A DNA stretch of 63,432 nucleotides, the filler included, from Reticulomyxa filosa (lineage: Eukaryota > Protista > Foraminifera): assembly GCA_000512085.1 (NCBI GenBank). It is 19 parts of 19 records of this genome, joined end to end, with 100 filler letters (N's around TTAATTAATTAA, not from the genome) between each part and the next. Parts side by side here need not be neighbours in the genome. Positions count along the whole stretch, not along the records: positions 1 to 8,048 come from ASPP01018708.1; positions 8,149 to 10,907 come from ASPP01021448.1; positions 11,008 to 19,985 come from ASPP01011286.1; 16 more parts are not named here. One strand, given 5' to 3'. This document shows, in pieces, positions 1 to 12,221 of the stretch. Both the position numbers and the translations under genes were made by a program. The notes beneath the pieces are model-generated. The model was not told where the DNA came from. It saw only the letters and a program-made list of their open reading frames with translations, and ran no database searches. Each line of letters starts with the position of its first letter. Position 1 is the stretch's first letter.

Positions 1-3000
1 TCATTAAAGTTCACCTTTATATTAATGGAAGTATCCATGTCATTATCAGTGTTTGTGTTATATCGCTCGAATAGATCAAGTTTCGTGATAAGAGCTTTTT
101 GATGCTGTTCAAAATTGCTGAGAAATTTTTTATGGGCATTATTGAAGTGTCTGCTGACGTCTGGTATTGTATCATGGAATGCATCTTTAAAGCGCAATAA
201 CTCCATAAGACCTGCAAGTGCATTCGATGTATCCCCATCCATCCACTGCTTATCCATGCTTGAGACGACATTCCGGGCCATTTTATCGACTCCAGTCTTG
301 ATTGCGCTATTTTGATTGGTCGTGCATCGGCTCAGCAACTCCTTGATGTCGTGAACATTATTGGTCTGAAGCACATCTTGCACCTCCCTTATGCCATTTG
401 CAATCGCATACTGGACATCGTCTCTGCACAGTGATAGCTCAACTCGAAGAGTGGTTTGCATGTGTTCGGGTAAGCAATTTAATACAGTCTCACAAAGTCG
501 AAGACAGCGATCACTTTCACGTGGATTGGAATGTGTTGCTTGGTCACGCGCAGTAGCGAATTGATCTCTGAATTTCTTAAAAATGTCTTCTTCAATTTCG
601 GTCCAAGCCCCTTTGTAGTTATACGTGGAAGTATTTTCCATGACTTTGGACAGTTTTGCGTGGAGTGCTTTGGGTGGGTTGGACGAATAGGAATTGTATT
701 GAGAATTGGAAAACGTAATGCTTTTATACTTGTTGACTAGCTCATTCAATTTTTCTTCGATCTTTGTCTCGAATTGGTGGATGCATTTGGTAATTGCAGC
801 ATTATCTTTTTTTCCCTTGTTTTTGTTTTTGTTCTTGTTTTTGTTCTTGTTCTTCTTGTACTTTTTTATGTTTATTAGAGGAATGATATTGCTCATAATA
901 GTCACCCAATATACGACGAATCCTGCGAACGAGTTTAATTCTCTCTTCCGCCTCCCAAAAATTGCAAGAGTTGATGGCGGCGTCAATGGTGCCCAAAATC
1001 TTTTGTACCCATTTGCCAATGGCAGATTTGGTGGCACGTTCCTTTTTGCTGATGTAATCTTGTGTCATTTGATCCACATAAGTAAAGACAAAGTGTTTTG
1101 CTTCTTCGATCCACTGCAAATGTTCTTCCAATTTAATCACACTGTCCAGATTCACTTCGTTTTCTCCGAGTACTAGCACCTCCAGAAATGTGCTTTTCAT
1201 TAAAGCCTTTAACAAACACGACAGCAAGCTTTGCATATCTTCCAATACCTTTTCGACCTGTGGATTGTCAACTGCACGTTGCTTGAGCTTCGACATCTCC
1301 GACGCGACCTCAGTATAGCGATGGCCTTCGATTGCTTCCAACAATTTTTTGGTGTCAATCACGTCATTGTACAGTCTGTCTTGGTACTTATCGAACAGGA
1401 TTCGGAAGTTGTAATTATCATTTGTAATAAACTCATCCAACACACTTAAAGATTTAGCCACAAGGACTTTGGTTTTCAAAGATTGAAAGTCGGTCTGTCG
1501 GGCCAACTTGGCCATTTCGCTGGACATGCTCATCCAGAGTTGTTGCAATCGATTGTTCAGTTGCTTCAGCAAATTGCGTGGAAGATACGCTGCAAGTAAT
1601 GTATGATTGTTTTGCAACATCGTCACTTCGTTCAATAGATCCGCAATGTTTTTCACTTTTTCACGCGCTTGGATCTTGTCCTCTTTGGAGGATGTCTCGC
1701 TGTCGATTATATCAAATATTTTCAGCTGGCTTTCCATAAATTCGCTGTAACTTTGCAAAAAACTTTCAACCGAATGAGTCGTTGTTGCAAGCATTTGGCT
1801 CAAATCCATTGCCGTTGTCGTTGTTGTTTTTGTAATTTGTTTTGTATCTTTCTCTTCTTCTTCTTCTTCTTCTTCTCCTTTTTTTTTTGCTACTACCATC
1901 GTCTCAACATTAGTAGCACTTGGATTGCTCGTGCTCTCCGTCAAACAGTAACAAATGGCTTTACATTGCTTTATGTAATGCAATACCTTTTCTGCTCGTG
2001 AGACATTCAATCTTTCAAAACGACACTTGCTCGTGCAATTCTCGGCATTTGCATTGTTTATCTTTTGTTCATATTCTTGGATCTTTTCCTCAAGTTCATC
2101 TTCATCGTTCATTAATCGATGTATCTCATCCTCCAAAAAACCATGATTCTTTAACAACTTGATCACAGGTTCCTTTTCTCTTGACAACATTTTCTCATAC
2201 TCTTTTTTGATTTGCAATGATTTTTGTAATCCTTCCTTCAATTTATCTATTTCTTCTTCCGTGTGGAATGTTCCGGTATCCTTCCTTTCACTATCTTTTT
2301 GTGTAGATGATGTATGGCCAGAAGCACGAAAAAAAGGAAACCAAGATTGATTTTTGTTTGCATCATTATATGTGTGTGAAACATCATTGCCCTTGTCTTG
2401 ACTCTTGTTTAATTGCTGTTGAATGGACTCTATTCGATAGGTAAGATTTTGAGCGCTCTCAAAGTTATTTTCCTGCAAATACAAATTTGCATTGCGAATA
2501 CGTTGTGCATATGATTTGAGTTGGGTCAAGCACTCCTGCATTTGCTTTTGCGAAAGGGGATTTTCGCATTCGACCAACGCAAAGTCGCGTTGGATCATCG
2601 AAAGCGTCATGTGAATCTTTTGTTCCAATTGCATGTGTGCACGCTGGCGAAGAGGAGTCATTTCAGGGAGAATGTGCTCCAAACGTCGCAATTTTGACAA
2701 ATGTGTGACTATTTTGTAACCTTGCTCAAGATGGTCGGGGTGATCAAGGTCTAATTCCAAATTTTGACTTGATTGTTCCAACTCACACAAATGAGTAATC
2801 AGTTGATCTCTGACTGTGTTCATCAAATTGCTACTACCTCCTTCTTGTCGCTCGTCGATCCACTCCGATCGGTTCACGCACAAAACACACTCGAAAAGTC
2901 GACTGTAGTCCACGCTTTCTTCTTGCTTGAACAGCAAAGGGAGCATCATGCTAACGTCTTTGTGTACTTCACGCACAAATGAAAATATTTTTTCAATGAT

Positions 3001-5786
3001 TTGATAATACGATCTATTCGTTCTTTGCTCCACCGATTTCATATTTCGAAGCTCATCCATCACCAGTACAAAACCTTTGATTTCTTCAAATGCCCGATAG
3101 CGTTGTTTCTCAAACAATGATGATATCTTTTCACCCACTTTTTCAATGTACGCAACCACTTCGTCCAAAAAAGAACTATATATTTCTTGTGTTGGCTTGT
3201 TCAAACTCACGCTTCCTAAAGGTTGTTGAAACACATATGCTGCTGATTCCAAGAGTGCCAAAGTTTTATGCAAGATTTGCATATCATTTCCTGCAAGTTT
3301 TTCGATTTGTATTGCTGGCTGCTCAATCTCTTCATCATCTTTTTTTGCAGTACAGTCCCTTTTCATTGACTTTTTGAACACTTCAAGTCCTTTGCTTGCC
3401 ACCTGTTTAAGATTTGCTATTAACAAATTTTCCAAATTTTTCATTTCCTTTTCAATGTCAAATATCGAAATCAAATGACCTTGCAGAATCAAATCCTTTT
3501 TAAATGCCTCCAAATCTTTTCGTAAATCTTCAAATTTGCTTTTTTGGATGCTTTCTGTTGCTTGTTTGGCACGATCTGTCAAACGACAGGACAGTTTTTG
3601 GCAAACTTGTTTGTAAGGGTCGTTAAACTCGGGAAAACAGGTTTTCACTTGCATAATTTTGTTCAAATTGACGTTCACTGCGATCTCGTTATCGACGTGG
3701 CTTTCAATATCACGGATCAAATTGAGCACTTGATTATCCAAATTTTGGTTCAGAGAATTAGCACCAATCGCTTCTGGTAAATGTGTTCGCAATATTTCGG
3801 CCGTTGTGAACTCGCTTATGGTTTGCTTATAAGCCACACAGTCCTCGTTACTTAAAGTGTGTGAAGACGCCAGACATTTATTAAATATTATTTTGGCTTC
3901 TTCATTTTTAGCATTCCATTCTTTAGTTAGTATTTTAATACATTCGTTGTAATTCTCTTCAATCAACTTATTTTCCAAAACTGCATTTAAAGCGACGAGT
4001 TCGTCCAACTTCGTTTGAACAAATTTGAAAGTTGCAATTTTTGAATGCTGGCAAAACACTAGCCTTGTGTTTCTCCACTTGTAAGTGGACAGCATGGTTT
4101 GCTTTTTCAGTAAGGAAAGATTGAAATACCTCTTCTGGATGGCGGATGAAGCTTCTTATATCGGTAAGTTCCTGCAATAAATCGAGAGGCGGATCTTCGA
4201 GTAAATGAGGTGCAAACACATACTTCTTTGTTTTTCTAGCGATATCTGCCAGAATTGACTTGTACCCTTTGTCCGTCTCGTCTTTGGGTATGCTGAAATA
4301 AGTTTCTCGTACCAACGCAGGGATTGTTTGTTTTTCTTTTTTGGGAAATTTGGTAAACACGTATTCAACTGCACTGAGATGATCATCAATTGATGAGATA
4401 ATTTGTCCTAAGGTACGAGCCAAGCCTCTAACACAACTCATTCGATTCCCTAATGCAGTATAACTGACCAAGACCACAGGCTTGATACTTTTGCAACACT
4501 TGAGCGCCCGAATGATTCCAATGCCATTGGCAACATCAACTTCGGGCCATTGTATCTTCAAAACCTGGAGTGTCACAAAGCACGACACTGTCTTCCTCGG
4601 TAAATACCCTCATCTCCTTCAAATCGATTGGGACGGCTGTAATGTGTCGCGTCTCTGACACTGCTCTTGCACTGGTGACAACGTTTCGTAGAGCCTTATT
4701 TTTGACTTCGACAGGGGCAATATGATTGTTACCGTCTACAATTTGTTTTTCCATCTTTGATCCAGCAAGATAATGTATCAATGTGGATTTACCACTTCCG
4801 GTGCCTCCAAGGAACAAAATTACATGCTTATCTTTAATTTCTGTTGCTACCTCATCCGCTTTACCTACCAACTTTAGCATTTGCTGTATATCAAACACTT
4901 CCTTTTCTTTGCCAACCACTGCACTTGTCAATTCTTCCATAGACGTTTCTTTTGCACTGTTTACGTATCCTTCGTCGTCTGATGCTCCCTCGGGAAACTT
5001 TGCCTTTTGGCTGTATTCCATTTCTGGCCATACGTCGTTATCCTTTTCAAATAATTCCTCATTGTCATCACAATCATTATTGGTCGCATTTTCGATCTTG
5101 CACTCTTCTCGTTTTTCCCCCAACTGCACATTGTACTCGTTGCTTTCTTTTTTGTCGTTGTTTGTATTGATCATTGCCAATTGCAAACAATATGTATCAC
5201 TGTCACGACACAACTTTCCCAAATTTTTTCCAAATCTCTTCCATTTTGTACTACTTTTCTATTTTTGCCGTCTTGTAAATATTCATCACCAGACACTTCC
5301 ACCAATTCTTTCAGGTCTGCAAAATGCTGCTCCCAATTCTCTTTGTCAGAAAAGTTTAGAGTCTTCACATTTCTAGGACACCATGTCATTCTCTTATCTT
5401 CTTTTAAAATCACCAGGCATCGCTTTTTTTTATTTGTTTTATCTGTTGTATTTGATCTTTATCATTTTAAAAAAAAAGAGCGTAACTATTTGCAACACAT
5501 GACACTCGATTTTTTCGTCATTAATGAGCTCGTTCCAAAGGTTCATGAATTTGTCTTCATTGACAATTTTATCCTTCTTTACCAGAAGAAACGAAGATTT
5601 ACAAGTCAACTTGAGCCTCCCTTTAATCCTTTGCAACATTTCTTTCCAGTTTGCTTCTTTTGCGTGTTCTTGCATTCCTCCATTTTGATTTAGGCAATGT
5701 GGCTTGAAACTTAATTTTTCTTCGTACGTTTCAATCACGAACTTCTTGTCCTTTTTTTTTTCGCACTCTTTCTTTCTTTTGTACAT
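1..5786 (-). CDS. Giant protein (~1900 aa in window, open at the left edge): two N-terminal PB1/ubiquitin-like repeats, a TRAFAC-type P-loop GTPase domain and a long alpha-helical region; split by four single-site frameshifts and probably one intron
   Basis: ORFs 5439-5873, 5171-5413, 4536-5222, 3968-4588 and 802-4095 plus an unlisted stop-free frame from ~806 to base 1 (DNAAITKCIHQFETKIEEKL...SNPPKALHAKLSKV...) join end to end. Motifs: G1 GGTGSGKST, G2-like SET, G3 DTPG continuing in another frame as PEVDVANGIGII, G4-like VFTKF. Shifts fall at short homopolymers (~5216, ~4549, ~4022, 807-813). Confidence 0.75.
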
Positions 5787-6411
5787 GGCAAAAGAAAAAA
5801 ATAAACAAACCAGTTTTGTAATTGATTTATTTTCACCACTCCGAAACAAAAATAGCAAGCAACAAACAAACAAACAGCTAGAAAAAGTAAAAAAAAAAAA
5901 CCGAGTCCCTTGTTATGTTTCAGACTTAAGTTACGATTTAAGTCTCTTTGTGAAGAAAATAGCTGTCGGTAGTTTTTTTATTAACTACAAAGATGAAATA
6001 CAGCACAAATTGATTTGATTTCATAAAATCGAGATCTTCATCAAAATTTTAAGTTACGCTTTTCTTTATCTTATTTCCTAGCCTTCAAATGAAAAAAGTA
6101 TTGATTCTATGCCATAACTACCATCAATTCAAATTAAGATGGTAAAGTAAAAGAATCTGGCTAATTGGCGAATATTACAACAGCCAACAATTTTTTACAT
6201 CATTTCGTGAATTCTTGAAGAGAGTTTAGAGCCAACTCAAGTAAAGCTGAGATAAACGCAGCATACAATTTATAATATATGATTCAGTTATTTTAAGTAT
6301 TTTGGCACGGCGACAAAGATATACACACGTTTTGTTCTTAAACGATTTCTGTATGTTGAAAAGACGGTTTGAATTAGACTTTTTCGAAGGAAAGAGTAGG
6401 AAAGTTCAGTA

Positions 6412-6862
6412 ATGTCCATGGCAGCCCCAACGAAATCTTGGTTTGCCTCAGCAACAGACCGTAATTGTTGCTGTCAGAATACGCGTACTCGTGTTGAATC
6501 GAGTTCAACATCAATTTGTGCATGTCGCTGTTCAGATAATTTGACGAACGAAAAAGTTCTTTGTTTAATTTTGAGTGTGGCGCTGTTGATAACGGCGTCG
6601 AGCATATATTTATTGCAGAGCAAGCAAGGGCTGAATGCGTATGCGATGGGTTGGATAATCAGTTTTTTGTTGTTGGGGATTATCATATTGTTGGGGATTT
6701 CAATTGGATTAGTGTGGCTATTCAATTTTTTTTTGTGGTTGCGAGACTTTGTCTTTTGGTATTGTATTGTCCGCAAGTTAATATTGGACCTTGTATACGT
6801 GATGTCATCTGTGTTATTTGCAGGATTTGAAGTCCCCAAAAAAAAATTTTAAAATAACAATG

Positions 6863-6895
<33 letters not shown>

Positions 6896-7988
6896 TAAAA
6901 AAACAAAAAAAGACGATATTCTAATGATCATATGGAAGCATATCTAGTGATGCTAGAAGGCATGCCACCAGCGACACAAGTGTGGTCGGACGAGTGGGAA
7001 GAACTGAAAAAGTACCACGAACAGACATTGCACCAAAACATGACGGAGAGGTCGGGAGGGTTGGCGATGTTGTCACAAGGCTTGCAGCAAGCGCCAGAGC
7101 CGACGCCGGAAATACCCGACAAAAAAAAACAACAAAAAGAAGACGATGAGGAGGAAGAAGAAGAGGAAGAAGAAGAGGAAGAAGAAGAGGAGGTGGAACT
7201 CAAAGTGACAAGCTCGCAAGAAGAGAAGACAGACGCAAATATTGGTTCCGATATGACCATGTCCAAGCCAAAGACACAAGAGCTGCAACATGGCCAATAC
7301 AGTCTTACCAACGATCGCGTTGCAAATGAGACCAACCCTAATCTTAACCCTAGTTCCAATCCCAACTATTCTAATGCCAATTCTAATATCAATCTCAATC
7401 TCAATCGCAATGTTAATTCTAATTCCAGTTCCAATCCCAACTCCAGTCCTCGTCTCCTGAAAAATGACTCAAAAGATAATGCAAGTCAAATTGTGATGGG
7501 CAGTCCTCCTGTCCATGTCGTCGCTCCTGGTCATGACACCCTCAAAGACGATGTCGTGGATGGTATATTCATTTATGTATGTGCCAATTGTGCAATGCCC
7601 CCCCCTCTTTTTTTTTTTTTTTGGAATAAAAAACATACATACTCTTAGCGTTGAAGAGATTGAGATGAGGGAATAAGTGTGGCAACATATCACACATCCA
7701 TACCTCCAATAAACAATAAATAACAAGCGATAAATAATAAATAAACTCGCAATGAAATCAAAACCAATAGCGCCGGATAGCTCGGCCAGCCATGCGGAAA
7801 CAAAAATTGTCCGCCCATCTGACATGATCACCGACGACGAAGAATCACGCAATCACAACGACTTCAAAGGGCCGTTGAAACGTACCGGTCGACGATCTAG
7901 AAAAAGCAGCAAGCATAAAAGAGACGATCAAAACAGACGGTTTGGTCACAACACACACACGCACACACACATACACACACACATATGA
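6412..7988 (+). CDS. Hypothetical multi-exon membrane protein, 5' part (two N-terminal TM segments, then acidic/Asn-rich low complexity)
   Basis: ORFs 6412-6852, 6932-7648 and 7752-7988 are separated by AT-rich intron-like stretches. Hydrophobic segments VLCLILSVALLITASSIYLL and GWIISFLLLGIIILLGISIGLVWLF. Contig ends at 8048. Confidence 0.5.
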
Positions 7989-8048
7989 AAACAAAAAAAA
8001 AATTATACATACATGTATATGTATGTATGCACACGTAATTATATAATG

Positions 8049-8148
8049 NNNNNNNNNNNNNNNNNNNNNNNNNNNNNNNNNNNNNNNNNNNNTTAATTAA
8101 TTAANNNNNNNNNNNNNNNNNNNNNNNNNNNNNNNNNNNNNNNNNNNN
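8049..8148. other. Artificial contig linker N44-TTAATTAATTAA-N44 (stops in all six frames), first of 18
   Basis: Identical 100-nt linkers start at 8049, 10908, 19986, 21743, 22954, 24216, 31461, 33699, 35388, 37249, 39848, 43096, 48847, 52938, 54293, 55528, 56702 and 61839. Confidence 0.97.
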
Positions 8149-9998
8149 GAATGCAAACATTGAAAGATATGTTTTATCTTACTTTGCTGTTTCAAAATAT
8201 TGAAAAATTTGCGTTAAATGTTTTTTAAAGCATTCAAAAGCGTAATTAATGAAAAATATTAAAATAAATCGCAAGATATTTTAAGTATTTTATTTTCTTC
8301 ATTGCAAATCACTACTAAATTTTAGATAATCTTTTTTTTGTATAGTAGCGAACCTTCAAAACAGGATAAAGTAAAAGGACAACCGTGTGCATTATCAAAT
8401 GCAACATTTTCTCCTGAAGTAAGACATGAATGAGCAGTAATTCAAAAAAGTGCAATTAAATAAAGATATTTTTTATATCTCTGAAATAGTTTATCTTAAG
8501 ATAAATTTCTTTATATTATAGCTTTATGTAAAGCAAATATCCTTCTTGATATCATATTTTATATGTCTTTACATCACTTGGGCATGTAAGATAACACAAA
8601 AACATTATTTTGAACAATAACAAGCTCAATCTGGTGAGCAATTGATAGCTCTTGATGTTATTACATTTAATTTAATGATTCGATTGATACGCAAAAAGAA
8701 GGGATTCCAGATAAGTATTACTCTATCTTCATTTAATGATTGCTGTTTGGTGAACAAATGAACTAATGAAAATACTGAATTATTCACAAAAATAAGAAAT
8801 TTATTCCAGTAGATGAAATAATATGAACAACGATTATTGGAATGTTCTGAATTAAAAATCATTGTCTTTTTGCAATGGATTGTCCACAATCTGGACAGTT
8901 ATATAATATTTTGTCTGAATTGAACGAGATATCACCAGGTTTACTTTTGAATTTAAACAATCAGCATCTCAGTTTTTTTCTGTTTTGCAAAGATAGTATT
9001 ATTTATTTTTGTTATGTAAATGTACAAACAATTTTACCAATGCCTTGTGTCCTTTTTTTGATATTTGATTTTTTACTCATTTATCAATAAATGAGCTTTG
9101 TTTGAAAATAGAATTACAACAAAAAAGGATAAAATTAATCGATATCAAGTTTTACTTTATGTAATAACATGACAATTTGGTGAAGTTGACAAAGTCTCAA
9201 AAACTGTTGTCTCTTGTATGATCAAGTTAGTTTGATCCATTTTGATGAAAAGTAAAAGTAGGTTCGACTTTGCTTTAAGCTATTTCAGAAATAAATAATA
9301 CACAACACTCTGTTAAAGCAAAGAGTGTCTTTTTTGTTTTATTAATAATAGTAATTGAAAAAACTTTTTTTAGTTTTACAAAAAATAGATATAGAGGTAG
9401 ATTAATTTTAAAAAATACATGAACTGATATTAAATGGAGAATGTAGTTCTCTTTCTTTCAAGATTTTCATAAAAATCAATTACAATTCTTCCTTGTTCTT
9501 TTTCAACATCAAACCCCTTTTTACCCTGGAGATTAAATTATCATCTGTCCTGCTTGACGTACTTCTTCCTTCAAAAAAAAAAATCTATTGAAAAATAATA
9601 CATTTGCTGACTTGTACCTAAAATAGATTTTACAAAGAACACTTGTATTCGTATGTTAAACAAATGTGATTTACAAACAAACATTTGATTCAAATAAAAA
9701 AGAATGCAAAGGATAATTGCAATAGAAATATGATATACTTCGATACATAATAAAATTTAAATAAATTTGCGTCACAACGCTACGTTTATTATTAATCTGT
9801 TCTTTTATTGAAACTGTCTTCAATCTATAGCTTTCGAAAGTTGAATGTACAAAAGACTCCTAGACAGGATTAAACACAAAATTAACAAAGTATTGTAAAT
9901 AAGATTAAATTTTTGCTGTCTAATAATGTTAACCACTTTGTAAAAATACAACTTTTTTTGGAGGAAAAAAAACTTTTATCATAATAAAGAAAAGGATA

Positions 9999-10907
9999 AT
10001 GTTAACCTTGAATGTTGAAAGAGATGAAAGAAAGTTGGAAAAGGAAAAAGAAAACTTTTCCAGTTCTGGTTGTTATAACAAAGACTGGGTTTTATTAACC
10101 AACAACCAACAGAAATTGAACCATTTAATCTGCTGCATTTGCAAACAATGCAATGAGCATAAAAATGCAGGACAAGTATATTTGGTAGGAGAAGAGTGTT
10201 TGCAAGTGTACTTGAAACAAAGTAATGGCAAATGACTAATTCAATAACACGATCATTGCGAATTTGTGAAGAATAAATCTTTGATGCAACAAGTTTCAGA
10301 TTTATTGGTAATATGTCATCGACAATATGATTTGAAAAAGGATCAATCAAAAGAAGAACACGAAAATGAATGCAATTACAAAGGAAAAATATGTGAAATG
10401 AAAGATCATTTGGATAATTCATGTCGATTGATATCAATTCGACAGATTGTTTCATTGATCAAAGAGTTACAATCGCAATTGCAAAATGAAAAATTACAAA
10501 CAGTTTTGTCATTATTTTGATTTTTTTTTTTCAATAATTGCGATAAATGAATAAACAAAAAAAAAATATTTTTTTTAAAAAAAAGGAAGAACTAAGAAAA
10601 ATGAACTTGAAAAGTAATGCAGAAATTGAAAAGCTAAAAGAAAGTGATAATGAAAAAAAGCAAAGAAATTTAACAACTCAAACAATGCCAAGGTGCATTT
10701 GATATTCGCATAATCAAATTGGAAGAAATTTTAAAAAGCAACAATGATCAACAATGCAAACAAATTGTAAAACTCAATGTAAGTATTTTCTATTTTTTTA
10801 AAAAATATATTTGTGTATTTGTGCTATTGCTTGAATTGAAAATATAAACATATAATTAATTGTAATAACAAATATAGGATGAAATTAAACAATTGAAATC
10901 AGAAAAA
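9999..10907 (+). pseudogene. RING/TRAF-type zinc-finger plus coiled-coil gene relic
   Basis: CYNKDWVLL...LICCICKQ...EECLQVYLKQSNGK*LIQ*HDHCEF...LLVICHRQYD...CNYKGKICEMKDHLDNSC, with in-frame stops at 10233-10235 and 10245-10247 and an apparent internal deletion in the RING. Confidence 0.7.
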
Positions 10908-11007
10908 NNNNNNNNNNNNNNNNNNNNNNNNNNNNNNNNNNNNNNNNNNNNTTAATTAATTAANNNNNNNNNNNNNNNNNNNNNNNNNNNNNNNNNNNNN
11001 NNNNNNN

Positions 11008-11113
11008 GTGGCGAAAACAGAAACAAATACAAAGATACAAAGAAAATACTTTCAAACTACCCAAAAGAATTCAAGCAGTGATTGATGCAAAAAGAAAACC
11101 AACAAAATGGTAG
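11008..11113 (+). mobile_element. Tc1/mariner transposase C-terminal remnant
   Basis: Translates LPKRIQAVIDAKRKPTKW*, matching the Tc1 terminal consensus MPxRxxAVIxAKGGxTKY*. Lies at a contig start. Confidence 0.7.
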
Positions 11114-12221
11114 ATAAAAAAATTGAAATTTAAAAAAATTTTTAAAAACTAATTTCAATATTAAAATTTTAATCATTCGGCATACAAATAGAATAAACTG
11201 TAATAAAAGAATATGATTTTTCTCAAAGACTACGAATGATACAAGCATAATTTTTTTAAAAAGTATCTACGCGACTTGGAGGTTACTAAAATGTAAACAA
11301 AAAAATTTGAAAATTTCTTAATTTTAATAAAAGTGCAAATGATACTCATTCTCGCAGAATTTTCAAAAATCATTTGAAATAATGTTGATTTCATCCAACA
11401 AAAAAAAAAGTTATTAAAAAATCAATATCATATTTAAAAACTACAAGATTTCCTGATTTTTAGAATTTTTTTTTGTTTCTTCCAAACATAATTTGAGTTA
11501 AATAGATATCTCGACTACTTCGATACCCTTCCTTCCAGAATTCATTATACAAATTCTGTAAGCTATTTTTTCTTTTTTGTATTCAATTCGGAAACACTCC
11601 TGAATTAGACAAATATGCGTTTACATTTAGATTCTGCTCCAGCAGTTGTTCTTTTGAAAAAAAGCCATTAATATTGTCTGGAAGATAATCAACACATTCA
11701 ATTATTTTCTTCATTGTGTACGATTTCTTGAATATCTTCTTGATCCAATTTGTGTTCTTCTTTAATAAGGTGCAAATGATTGAATCATCAACGATAATTG
11801 CTATAATCTAATATATTAAAATCATTAATTTGCATTCACAATCCTTTCCATCGCTAAGTAAGAATAAGAAAATATCTTAGCTTTGTACTTTGTAGTCTAA
11901 AAAGAGAAAAAAGTAAAATTACAAATTTCAGACTATATAAACTTTAAGTGTAATCATTATGATTTTCTCTGTGCACAAGCATATACCCGATAATGAGCAT
12001 TGCAAAAAAAGTTCAAAAATGTTTGACAACTTCAAATACAATAGAAAAGCAACAAGCGTCTTTCGACCATTGCTTGGCAAAGGTTCTTTTTCATTGAACC
12101 CCGCAAGGCAGTCAAAAAGCTCTGAGAGAAAAAAGAATGTTAGAAAAAAGGTGAAATGGCAAAAAAAATGTATATATAAACGTCAAAAGAAGGAAAGATT
12201 CACAATCTAGATGCTCACATT

